Below are positions 27,756 to 36,198 of a stretch of DNA of 64,000 nucleotides, piece by piece; within the stretch, counting starts at the first letter, position 1; each line of letters starts with the position of its first letter. The notes beneath the pieces were generated by a model. It did not search any database. It worked only from the letters and a program-made list of their open reading frames with translations, and was not told where the DNA came from. Both the position numbers and the translations under genes were made by a program. Source of the DNA: Gaiellales bacterium (GTDB lineage Bacteria > Actinomycetota > Thermoleophilia > Gaiellales > F1-60-MAGs149); assembly GCA_046598415.1 (NCBI GenBank), contig JBKJIG010000044.1:852-64851 (forward strand), given 5' to 3'.

Positions 27756-28610
27756 GTGCAGACCACCCTCGGCATCGCGCAGTTCCTCGCCGCCCCGGCC
27801 GACCCCGTCGCGAACCTCGACCGGGCGGTCGCCCACATCGCCTCGCTGGCCGCCCGCGGCTGCGATCTGATCGTGCTGCCGGAGCTGTGGCCGTGCGGGT
27901 TCTCGTGGGACACGCTGGCCGACGACGCACGCGCCGCGGCCGAGCCGATCGACGGTCCGCGGGGCGCCACGCTGGCCGCGGCGGCCAGGGCGAGCGGCGC
28001 GTGGGTGCTCGCCGGCACGGTGCCGGAGCAGGCGGAGCGCGCCGCCGGCGGCGTGTTCAACACGGCGGTCCTGTACGGGCCCGACGGCCGGCTCCGGGCC
28101 GTCCACCGGAAGGCGCGGCTGTACACGCCGCTCGGCGAGGACCGTGCCTTCACTGCGGGCACCACGTTGACGGTGGTGCGGCATCCGCAGCTCGGTCACG
28201 TCGGGATCGCGACGTGCTTCGACGGCGACTTCCCCGAGGTCGCCCGCACCATGCGCCGCGCCGGGGCCCGCATCGTGCTGCATCCGGCCGCCTACGAGGT
28301 CGCGGCCGAGGGGTGGTGGGACGTGCTCTACCCGGCGAACGCGCTCGCCAACGGGCAGTGGTGGATCAGCGTCAACCAGTGCGGCGTGACGCCGTCGGGC
28401 ACGCTGCTCGGCGCCAGCCGCGTGATCTCGCCGCTCGGCGTCGTTGTCGCCGAGGCGGGGCGGGTGGGGGAGGGAGTCGACGCGCCGGCCGAGGAACTCG
28501 TCGTCGAGCTCGATTTTGCGGCGGAGCTTGCGGACTGGGACCGATCATGTGCGGCACTCGTCACGGAGGCGGTGCAGACGCCGGCCATCCGGGTGATCCA
28601 CGTCGCTTGA
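27756..28610 (+). CDS. Carbon-nitrogen hydrolase family protein (nitrilase superfamily; carbamoylase/amidase-like)
   Basis: GTG at 27756 (VQTTLGIAQF) inside ORF 27405..28610. Triad contexts: LIVLPELW, HRKARLY, GIATCFDGDFPE. Confidence 0.85.
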   Translation: MQTTLGIAQFLAAPADPVANLDRAVAHIASLAARGCDLIVLPELWPCGFSWDTLADDARAAAEPIDGPRGATLAAAARASGAWVLAGTVPEQAERAAGGVFNTAVLYGPDGRLRAVHRKARLYTPLGEDRAFTAGTTLTVVRHPQLGHVGIATCFDGDFPEVARTMRRAGARIVLHPAAYEVAAEGWWDVLYPANALANGQWWISVNQCGVTPSGTLLGASRVISPLGVVVAEAGRVGEGVDAPAEELVVELDFAAELADWDRSCAALVTEAVQTPAIRVIHVA

Positions 28611-28670
28611 CGCGTCGGAGGTCGTCGTCACAATCGCCCGCGGCCACGACCGACCCGGTCGGTGCGTGCA

Positions 28671-28826
28671 ATGATCGCCTGGCTCCGTGACGAGCACGGC
28701 CTCGACCGTCGCGACGCCTACATGCTCTGTAGCCTTTCCGGCGACCTCAAGATCATCGAGATCGTGGCCATGGGCATGGGGAAGGTCGCGATGACGATGC
28801 CGCTGGGTTTGTTCGACAAGTCGTAG
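28671..28826 (+). pseudogene. C-terminal fragment (51 aa) of an acetamidase/formamidase-family gene
   Basis: MIAWLRDEHGLDRRDAYMLCSLSGDLKIIEIVAMGMGKVAMTMPLGLFDKS matches the extreme C-terminus of FmdA/AmdA proteins (..wL....gl.r.dAy.L.S..gdl.i.eiv.....v....p..if). No upstream catalytic part exists; an in-frame stop lies at 28608-28610. Confidence 0.55.
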
Positions 28827-28843
28827 AAGGGGAGGAAAGCGGG

Positions 28844-30355
28844 ATGGCACAGACGTCCGAGGAGGGCAAGGCGCTATCGACCGCGAGCGGCATCGAGATG
28901 CGCTCGATCGACTGGGTGCCGCACGAGGAGCGCCACGGCGAGGTGTGGCACCTCGGCGGGGTCTGGTTCTCGGGCAACGCGGAGCTCACGACGACGGCCA
29001 CGGGCGTGCTCTGCATCTCGCTCGGCGGCAACCTGATCTGGACCCTGGTCGCGATGCTGATCGGGACGCTGTTCGGCACGTTCTTCACGGCGTTCCACTC
29101 GGCCCAGGGTCCCCAGCTGGGACTACCGCAGATGATCCAGTCCCGCGCGCAGTTCGGCTACCTCGGCGTGGCCGTGCTGGTGCTGCCGTTCATGGTCTTC
29201 AACTATGCCGGCTACAACGTCTTCAACGGCCTGCTCGCCGCCGGCGCGCTGGAGAACGTGGTCGGCGGCGACATCAAGATCTGGCTCGTCGTCGTCTCCG
29301 TCGTTGCGGTCCTGGCGGCGATCTGGGGCTACGACCTGATCCACCTATCGCAGCGGTGGCTCACCTACGCCTTCATCATCTTCTTCGGCGTGTACACGAT
29401 CGGCGTCCTCGCGACGATCGGCTTCCCGGCGGGTTCCTGGGATCTGAACGGCTTCCAGACGACGCCGTTCATCGCGTCGTTCGCCCTGACGGTCTCGTAC
29501 CAGATCGGCTGGGCGCCGTACGTGTCGGACTACTCGCGCTACCTGCCGGCCAGCGCCGGCGTGAAGAGCACCTTCCTGTGGACCTACTGGCCGCTGGTGG
29601 TCGCCGGCTTCTGGATGTTCGCGATGGGCGCCATCATCGCGGCGCCGATCGCCGACCAGGCCCCTGGGACGATCGATGCGATCCGGGCGACCGGCGACGA
29701 CATCTTCGGCAGCTTCGGCGCGATCGTGCTGCTGCTCTCGGTGCCCGCGCTCGTGCTGATCATCGCCATGAACATGTACGGCGGTGGTTTGATCCTGATC
29801 TCGATGGCGGACTCGTTCAAGAAGGTCACGCCCGCACTGTGGCACCGCATCGCGAGCATCTTCGCGATCGCCATCACGTCGCTCGTGTTCGCCTTCTACG
29901 CGACGTCGAACGGCGACTTCCTCGGGTACTACAACAACCTGATCGTCCTGTTGCTGTACTTCTTCGCGCCGTGGACGGCCGTCAACCTGGTCGACTACTT
30001 CATCGTCCGCAAGGGCCACTACGCCATTCGCGAGATCTTCAACCCCGACGGCATCTACGGCCGCTGGGGCTGGTACGGGATCATCGCCTACCTGGCCGGG
30101 TTCGTCGCGATGATTCCGTTCATGCTCGTCGGGACGGCCGACACCAAGTTCGAGTGGTGGATCGGACCGATCGCGAAGAGCCTCGACTACACCGATATCT
30201 CCGTGTTCATCGGCATCCCGGTGTCCTCGATCGTCTACCTGTTCCTCGCCCGGCGGCTCGACCTGGAGAAGGAGCGCCAGCTCGAGGCGGCGGAGGGTGG
30301 CATGACGTTCTCCGAGCTCGAGCACGACGTGCAGGAGGACACGGGCCGAATCTAG
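28844..30355 (+). CDS. NCS1-family nucleobase/hydantoin/cytosine-type cation symporter
   Basis: ORF 28844..30355, preceded by a strong RBS (AAGGGGAGGAAAGCGGG then ATG). 12 TM. Motifs: QLGLPQMIQSRAQFGY and GWAPYVSDYSRYLP, typical of the purine-cytosine/hydantoin permease family. Confidence 0.9.
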   Translation: MAQTSEEGKALSTASGIEMRSIDWVPHEERHGEVWHLGGVWFSGNAELTTTATGVLCISLGGNLIWTLVAMLIGTLFGTFFTAFHSAQGPQLGLPQMIQSRAQFGYLGVAVLVLPFMVFNYAGYNVFNGLLAAGALENVVGGDIKIWLVVVSVVAVLAAIWGYDLIHLSQRWLTYAFIIFFGVYTIGVLATIGFPAGSWDLNGFQTTPFIASFALTVSYQIGWAPYVSDYSRYLPASAGVKSTFLWTYWPLVVAGFWMFAMGAIIAAPIADQAPGTIDAIRATGDDIFGSFGAIVLLLSVPALVLIIAMNMYGGGLILISMADSFKKVTPALWHRIASIFAIAITSLVFAFYATSNGDFLGYYNNLIVLLLYFFAPWTAVNLVDYFIVRKGHYAIREIFNPDGIYGRWGWYGIIAYLAGFVAMIPFMLVGTADTKFEWWIGPIAKSLDYTDISVFIGIPVSSIVYLFLARRLDLEKERQLEAAEGGMTFSELEHDVQEDTGRI

Positions 30356-30365
30356 CGATCCGGAG

Positions 30366-30401
30366 GGAAGTTCGCGGGCACCGGGATGCCCGCGAACTTC
30401 C
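30366..30401. terminator. Strong bidirectional hairpin between NCS1 permease and convergent amidase
   Basis: Perfect 15-bp inverted repeat GGAAGTTCGCGGGCA / TGCCCGCGAACTTCC with a 6-nt loop, 11 nt after the permease stop and 17 nt after the amidase stop. Confidence 0.65.
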
Positions 30402-30417
30402 GCCTCGGAACCGGCTG

Positions 30418-31974
30418 TCAGACGGCGGGCTCGGTCTCCACGACGAGCTCCCCGTCCGCCGGGCTGTACGCGCGGAGCACGGTCGTGACACCGTCGGCGC
30501 CGCGCACCCGCATCCCTGCGCGCAGCTGCTCGCGGGGAGTGTCCGCGGGCACCTCGGTGGCGTCGCCCGACGACGCGAGCGGCGGTCGCGGCCACGGTGC
30601 GATGCGCTCCCAGGCGGCCGCCGCGCGCAGCACGGTCGCGTCGCCGAGCCGGCGGCCGGAGAGCTGCAGCCCGACGGGCATGCCCTCCTCGGCGGCGCCC
30701 ATCGGGATGCTGATCGCGGGTGCGCCCGTGAGGTTCGCCGGGTAGCAGAAGTGGCACCAGTCGTCGAAGTGGTCGCCGATCGGCTGCCCTTCGATGGATG
30801 GCGGACCGGTCGTGCCGTGCCGGAAGGCGACGACCTCCATCGCGGGCGTCAGGAACAGGTCGTAGCGCTCCATGAAGCGGCCGAACGCGGAGGCGTAGGC
30901 GCCCTGCTCGTTGCGTGCCAGCGCGTACTCCGTCCCCGCGTAGCCGCTGCCGGCCTCGATCAGCTCGCGGGTGTCGTCACCGATCAGGCCGGTGGCGAGC
31001 AGCGGGCCCTCCGACGCGAGGTTGTCGACGCAGGCGATGGTGTTCCACGTCTCGATCGGGTTCGGGAGTCCCGGGTCGTCCTCGACCATCTCGGCGCCGA
31101 GCGAGCGGAACCGCTCCACGGCAGCGCGGAACGTCGCCCGGACGCCCGGATCGACGCGGAGGTAGCCGAGGTCCTCGGAGTAGGCGATCCGCAGGCCGGT
31201 CAGGTCGCCGTTCGCCTGCCCGGCGGCGGCAAGGTCGTCCGCGAGGTTCGGGAGGGACGTCGGATCGAGGGGATCGGGCCCGGCCATCACCGCGGTCATC
31301 AGCGCGGTGTCGGCGACGGTGAACGCGAGCGGACCGAGGTGCGTCATGGTGTACCAGCCGGGCCACTGCGGCTCGCGCGGCACCACGCCGAACGTCGCCT
31401 TGAAGCCGGCCACGCCGCACAGGGAGGCGGGGATGCGGATCGAGCCGCCGCCGTCGGAGCCGATCGCGAGCGGCACCATCCCCGCGGCCACGGCCGCGCC
31501 GGCGCCGCCGGAGGACCCGCCGGGCACACGGCCCGGATCCCACGGGTTCGATGTCCGTCCGTAGAGCTCGTTCTCGGCGATGCCGCGGTAGCAGAACTCC
31601 GGGATGTTCGTCCGGCCGACCACGATCGCGCCGGCGTCGAGCAGGCGGACGAGGAGGGTCGCGGTCGCCTCCGGCCGGAAGCCGAGCAGGGCTCGCGATC
31701 CGTCGGTGGTCTCGATGCCCTCCTCCCACACCACGTCCTTGACCGCGATCGGCACGCCGGCCAGCGGACCCGGATCCTCACCGGCGGCGACGCGCGCGTC
31801 GATGGCGGCTGCGGCTGCGCGCGCCGCGTTGGGCCGCACCTCGCAGAAGGCGTTCAACGTGCCGTTGAGCCGCGCGATGCGCTCGAGCGAATCCTCGATC
31901 ACGTCGGCGGCCGTGCGTCGGCCGGCGCGCACGTCCGCGGCGATCTCGATGGCGGTGGCGATCCGGTCGCTCAT
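30418..31974 (-). CDS. Amidase-signature (AS) family amidase with ~50-aa C-terminal extension
   Basis: ATG at 31974 (MSDRIATAIE) has an ATGA overlap with the upstream amidase stop. AS motif GGSSGGAGAAVAAGMVPLAIGSDGGGSIRIPA, plus PIAVKD. Confidence 0.9.
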   Translation of the reverse strand: MSDRIATAIEIAADVRAGRRTAADVIEDSLERIARLNGTLNAFCEVRPNAARAAAAAIDARVAAGEDPGPLAGVPIAVKDVVWEEGIETTDGSRALLGFRPEATATLLVRLLDAGAIVVGRTNIPEFCYRGIAENELYGRTSNPWDPGRVPGGSSGGAGAAVAAGMVPLAIGSDGGGSIRIPASLCGVAGFKATFGVVPREPQWPGWYTMTHLGPLAFTVADTALMTAVMAGPDPLDPTSLPNLADDLAAAGQANGDLTGLRIAYSEDLGYLRVDPGVRATFRAAVERFRSLGAEMVEDDPGLPNPIETWNTIACVDNLASEGPLLATGLIGDDTRELIEAGSGYAGTEYALARNEQGAYASAFGRFMERYDLFLTPAMEVVAFRHGTTGPPSIEGQPIGDHFDDWCHFCYPANLTGAPAISIPMGAAEEGMPVGLQLSGRRLGDATVLRAAAAWERIAPWPRPPLASSGDATEVPADTPREQLRAGMRVRGADGVTTVLRAYSPADGELVVETEPAV

Positions 31975-33374
31975 GCGTACTCCCTCGGTGGAACGGGCCA
32001 TGGTTGTGCGTGCTCGAATGCCGCCGCGACCCGGATGACGAGATCCTCCCGACCCGGAGCCGCGACGACCATCACGCCGACCGGCCGGCCCGCGGCGGTG
32101 ACGCCGCCCGGCATCGAGGCGGTCGGCTGCGTGCCGAGGTTCCACGGCGAGGAGAACGGCATGAACGACATCCAGCCGGGTTCCACGTCAACCCCGCCGA
32201 TGCGACTCGGCGGCTGGCCGAGCGGGAACGCGGGCGTGGCCGTCACAGGGGTGATCAGCACGTCGTAATGCGCGAAGAAGTCGTCGAGCCCAGACCGGAA
32301 CCGCCACAGTCTCGCCATCAGCCCGACGTGCTCCTCGGCCGTCAGCTGCGGATAGCGCGAGGTCTCCTCGAGGCTCTCCGGGTAGAGATCGTCCGGCTCC
32401 AGGACGGGCAGGGCGCTGCGGCGAGTGTCGACGCCGAAGATCGGGAAGTAGAGCTCCATCGGGTGCTCGACCTGCGGCGCGGCCTCATCGACCTCGGCGC
32501 CCAGGGTCGCAACCGTGCGGACCGCCGCCTCCGTGATCGCCCGCACCTCGTCGTCGACCGGGAACCAGTCGAGAGTCGCGCTCCAGGCCACGCGCAGCCC
32601 CTTCAGCGGCGCCGTGCCGTCGGCGCCGGCGATCGCCGCCGCCAGGTCGGGCAGCGGGTCGCGGCGGGCCATCGGGTCGCGCGCGTCGTGGCCGGCCATC
32701 ACCTCGAGCAGGGCTGCCGCGTCGGCGACGGTCGCGGCGATCGGCCCGTGCGTCAGGAAGAGCATGGAGTCGTCGGGAATCGGCCACGTCGGGATGCGCC
32801 CCAATGTCGGCTTGATGCCGAACACGCCGCACATCGACGACGGCGCGGTGATCGATCCGGCCGAGTCGGTGCCGGTCGCCCCCGGCACCAGACCGGCGCC
32901 GACGGCCGAGGCCGATCCGCCGCTCGATCCGCCGCTGGTCAGCGACGGGTCGGCGGGGTTGCGGGTATCGGGCCCGAGCCGGTTCTTGGTCTCTCCGAGC
33001 AGGCCGAGCGCCGGAGTGTTGGTCTTGCCGACGATGACGGCGCCCGCCGCCCGCAGCCGCGCGACGAGGATGCAGTCCTCGTCCGGCACGTTGTCGCGGA
33101 ACGCGAGCGCCCCGTAGGTGGTGCGCAGCCCTGCGGTCTCGTGCAGGTCCTTGACGCCGATCGGCACGCCCAGGAGCGGGGCGGTCTCACCGACAGCCAG
33201 CCGCCGGTCGGCGGCGTCCGCCGCCGCCAGCGCCCCCTCCGGATCGAGCGTCACGAACGTGCCGAGATCGGCCCTCCGCTCGATCGCGGCCAGCGTCGCG
33301 GTGACGGCCTCGCGGCTGGAGACCTGCCGCTCGGCCAGGGACGTGCGGAGTCCGATCAGACCATCTCGTCGCAT
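31971..33374 (-). CDS. Amidase-signature (AS) family amidase
   Basis: ATG at 33374 (MRRDGLIGLRTS) inside ORF 31971..33512. Motifs: GVPIGVKD and GGSSGGSASAVGAGLVPGATGTDSAGSITAPS. Confidence 0.9.
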   Translation of the reverse strand: MRRDGLIGLRTSLAERQVSSREAVTATLAAIERRADLGTFVTLDPEGALAAADAADRRLAVGETAPLLGVPIGVKDLHETAGLRTTYGALAFRDNVPDEDCILVARLRAAGAVIVGKTNTPALGLLGETKNRLGPDTRNPADPSLTSGGSSGGSASAVGAGLVPGATGTDSAGSITAPSSMCGVFGIKPTLGRIPTWPIPDDSMLFLTHGPIAATVADAAALLEVMAGHDARDPMARRDPLPDLAAAIAGADGTAPLKGLRVAWSATLDWFPVDDEVRAITEAAVRTVATLGAEVDEAAPQVEHPMELYFPIFGVDTRRSALPVLEPDDLYPESLEETSRYPQLTAEEHVGLMARLWRFRSGLDDFFAHYDVLITPVTATPAFPLGQPPSRIGGVDVEPGWMSFMPFSSPWNLGTQPTASMPGGVTAAGRPVGVMVVAAPGREDLVIRVAAAFEHAQPWPVPPREYA

Positions 33375-33499
33375 CGGCCCGATCGTAGCGCCGACGCCAT
33401 GCAGCGCCTGCCGGGTACCGCGGGCGACCCGCGCCGGGTATCGGCGAGGTGTATGGCACGCAAACGGCAAGGCCCGAGGCGATGCGGAACGCGCGCTGT

Positions 33500-33716
33500 G
33501 GGGTCTGACCAAGCGAGCAGGCCGAGCACAGCCGTGCCGCGCGCGGGCGTCAGAAGCGCCGGGGTCAGACCCCGAAAGTGGCGTTTCGGGGGTCAGACCC
33601 CGCGCACGAGAGGCGCGCGGAAGACGCGTGGATCGCGCGACCGGTGCGGGTCCGCGCGTGATTCGGCACGGTGCGCGTCGCGCCCGGCACGCGCGAATTG
33701 TCTGACCAAGGTCAGG
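33500..33716 (+). repeat. Dispersed palindromic intergenic repeat, copy B (composite)
   Basis: Partial GGGGTCTGACC at 33500-33510, then GGGGTCAGACCCC (33561-33573), a 15-nt spacer, and GGGGTCAGACCCC (33589-33601). Followed by the conserved flank GAGGCGCGCGGAAGACGCGTGGATCGCGCGACCGGTGCGGG ... GGCACGGTGCGCG ... GGCACGCGCGAA, and a small palindrome TCTGACCAAGGTCAG. Confidence 0.8.
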
Positions 33717-33931
33717 TATTCGGCGTCAGCGGCGCGCGCCTCGTTCGTGGTTCTCAAGAAGTTCGTCCGGGGGGCGGGGGGGCTACCCCCCCCCGCGCCC
33801 GGGTGGCCAGCCGCGACGCGCCGGGGGTTTCTCCCCCGCCGCAGACGCCTGCTCGCCCCCGCCCTGCCGGGGTCGCTGGAGACGACGCTTGAGGAGTCAG
33901 TCAAGCGGTCCTCTCAAGGAGTCTTCCCATC

Positions 33932-36118
33932 ATGCAAGGCAAGCGCAATCTCGCTCATCGGATGGGTCGCTGGAGCGGCATGCATCCGTGGTTGGCGATC
34001 ATCGGCTGGGTCGCGTTCGTCGCGATCAGCTTCGTGATCGGCGGCTCCGTGTCGGCCAACACCCTCGGTCAGGCCGACATGGGCGTCGGCGAGTCCGGAC
34101 GGGCCACGAGGACGATCGACAAGGCGTTCACCGCCGCCGACCAGCCGGCGGAGGAAGCCCTCCTCATCGAGAGCCGGTCCGGCAAGCTCGCCGACAAGGA
34201 CCTCGCCCCGGTCGTCGCCGACGCGACGCGGCAGCTTCGGGCCACGGGCGTCGTCGCGGAGATCACGGACGTCGAGCTCGCACAGAACGGCCGCGTGGCG
34301 CGCCTCCCGTTCACCATCAAGGGCGACCCCGACGACGCGACCGGCAAGGTCGCTCCGATCGCGGCCGCCACCACGGCGATCGCGGCCGCGCATCCGTCGC
34401 TCCTGATCGAGGGCTTCGGCGACGCGACCTTGGGCAAGGCGTTCGACGACAAGCTCGCCTCGGACTTCCAGAAGGCGGAGATGCTGTCGATCCCGATCAC
34501 GCTGCTGATCCTCGTGGTCGCGTTCGGCGCCCTGCTCGCCGCCGGTATTCCGGTGCTGCTCGGCCTCACGTCGGTGTTCGCCGCCTTCGGCCTCACGACG
34601 CTGTCCAGCCAGCTCGTCCCGACGGGTGAGAGCACGCAGATCCTGATGATGCTGATCGGCATGGCCGTCGGCGTCGACTACTCGCTGTTCTATCTCAAGC
34701 GTGAGCGCGAGGAGCGGGCCCGCGGCGCCGGCAAGCTGGCCGCGCTCGAGGCCGCAGCCGCCACCAGCGGCCACGCGGTGCTCGTCTCCGGCCTGACGGT
34801 CATGGCCTCGCTCGCCGGCATCTTCCTGATGGGCGATGCCGAGGGCGGCGGCATGGCCGTCGGTTCGATCCTGGTCGTTGGCGTCGCCGTGCTCGGCTCG
34901 CTGACGGTACTGCCGGCCGTGCTCGCCAAGCTCGGTGACCGCGTCCACCAGAGCCGCCTGCCCGTGCTGCGCCGCATGCGCCGCGAGGAGCGGGACTCCC
35001 GTGCCTGGGGCTTCGTGCTCGGCCACGTCCTGCGCCGCCCCGTCGTGGCGCTCGCCGCCGGCGTCGCGGTGCTCGCTGCCCTCGCCGTCCCGGCGATCGG
35101 CATGCACACGAAGGTCACCGGCAAGGAGGACATCTCGCGGGATGCCTTCCCGGTCATGCGCACGCTCGACCACCTGCAGGCCGCGTTCCCGGGCCAGCGG
35201 CCCGGCGCGGAGATCGTCATCCAGGCCGGGAACGTCAACGCTCCGGCCGTCCAGTCCGCCATCGCGGCCTTCAAGGCCGAGGCGCTCCAGTCAGGCCAGG
35301 CGCTCGAGCCCTTCGAGACGATGGTCAGCGCTGACAACAACGTGCTGCAGCTGACCGTCCCGATCGTCGGCGACGGCTCCGACAAGGTCTCGCAGGCCGC
35401 CGTTCAGCGGCTGCGCGACGACGTCCTTCCCCGCACCCTCGGCTCGGCCGCGGGCGTCACGGTCGATGTCGGTGGCGTCGCCGCCGAGACGGCCGACTCC
35501 AACAGCAACCTGTCGGCCCACGCGCCGCTCGTGTTCGGGTTCGTGCTGACCATGGCGTTCCTGCTCCTGCTGGTGACGTTCCGGTCGATCGTGATCCCGA
35601 TCAAGGCGATCATCCTCAACCTCCTCTCGGTCGCGGCCGCCTTCGGTGTGCTGACGCTGGTCTTCCAGCACGGCTGGGGCGAGATCATCGGGCTGCCTCA
35701 CACCTCGGGCGTCGTCTCGTGGCTGCCGATCTTCCTGTTCGTGATCCTGTTCGGCCTCTCGATGGACTATCACGTGTTCATCATCAGCCGCATCAAGGAG
35801 GGCTGGGACAAGGGTCTCAGCAACGAGGAGGCCGTCGAGAACGGCATCCGCAGCTCCGCCGGCGTCGTCACCGCGGCGGCCACCGTCATGGTGGCGGTGT
35901 TCGCGATCTTCGCCACCCTGTCCCTGGTCGACCTGCAGGAGTTCGGCGTCGGCCTGGCCGTCGCGGTGCTGATCGACGCCACGCTCATCCGCGGTGTCGT
36001 GCTGCCGGCCTCGATGAAGCTCCTCGGCAAGTGGAACTGGTACATGCCGAGCGTGCTCGGATGGCTGCCGAAGGTCGGCGAGGGCGGCCACACCGGGCTG
36101 GAGCCCGCCGCCGCCTAG
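33932..36118 (+). CDS. MMPL-family (RND superfamily) membrane transporter
   Basis: ORF 33932..36118, with RBS AAGGAG 10 nt upstream. Two 6-TM bundles with the repeated motif GVDYSLFYLKRERE / SMDYHVFIISRIKE typical of MMPL proteins. Confidence 0.9.
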   Translation: MQGKRNLAHRMGRWSGMHPWLAIIGWVAFVAISFVIGGSVSANTLGQADMGVGESGRATRTIDKAFTAADQPAEEALLIESRSGKLADKDLAPVVADATRQLRATGVVAEITDVELAQNGRVARLPFTIKGDPDDATGKVAPIAAATTAIAAAHPSLLIEGFGDATLGKAFDDKLASDFQKAEMLSIPITLLILVVAFGALLAAGIPVLLGLTSVFAAFGLTTLSSQLVPTGESTQILMMLIGMAVGVDYSLFYLKREREERARGAGKLAALEAAAATSGHAVLVSGLTVMASLAGIFLMGDAEGGGMAVGSILVVGVAVLGSLTVLPAVLAKLGDRVHQSRLPVLRRMRREERDSRAWGFVLGHVLRRPVVALAAGVAVLAALAVPAIGMHTKVTGKEDISRDAFPVMRTLDHLQAAFPGQRPGAEIVIQAGNVNAPAVQSAIAAFKAEALQSGQALEPFETMVSADNNVLQLTVPIVGDGSDKVSQAAVQRLRDDVLPRTLGSAAGVTVDVGGVAAETADSNSNLSAHAPLVFGFVLTMAFLLLLVTFRSIVIPIKAIILNLLSVAAAFGVLTLVFQHGWGEIIGLPHTSGVVSWLPIFLFVILFGLSMDYHVFIISRIKEGWDKGLSNEEAVENGIRSSAGVVTAAATVMVAVFAIFATLSLVDLQEFGVGLAVAVLIDATLIRGVVLPASMKLLGKWNWYMPSVLGWLPKVGEGGHTGLEPAAA

Positions 36119-36139
36119 CCTCGAGCCCCACTCCGGAAG

Positions 36140-36181
36140 CACGACCCGACGGCCCGTCAGATGGCGGGCCGTCGGGTCGTG
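36140..36181. terminator. Bidirectional hairpin between MMPL gene and convergent LLM oxidoreductase
   Basis: Perfect 17-bp inverted repeat CACGACCCGACGGCCCG / CGGGCCGTCGGGTCGTG with an 8-nt loop. Confidence 0.6.
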
Positions 36182-36198
36182 CGGGAAGCCGTACCGCG

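Noticed and set aside
28945-32268. Longest ORF in the window (1107 aa, plus strand).
   Set aside because: It is off-frame over the NCS1 permease and antisense to both amidase genes. Its composition is dominated by Arg, Gly, Asp, Ala and Pro, with no motifs. This is a typical open frame created by high GC with no stop codons.
33593-33904. 103-aa minus-strand ORF in the long intergenic region upstream of the MMPL gene.
   Set aside because: It consists of translated repeat and homopolymer sequence (Arg/Gly/Pro-rich) and has no coding periodicity by eye.
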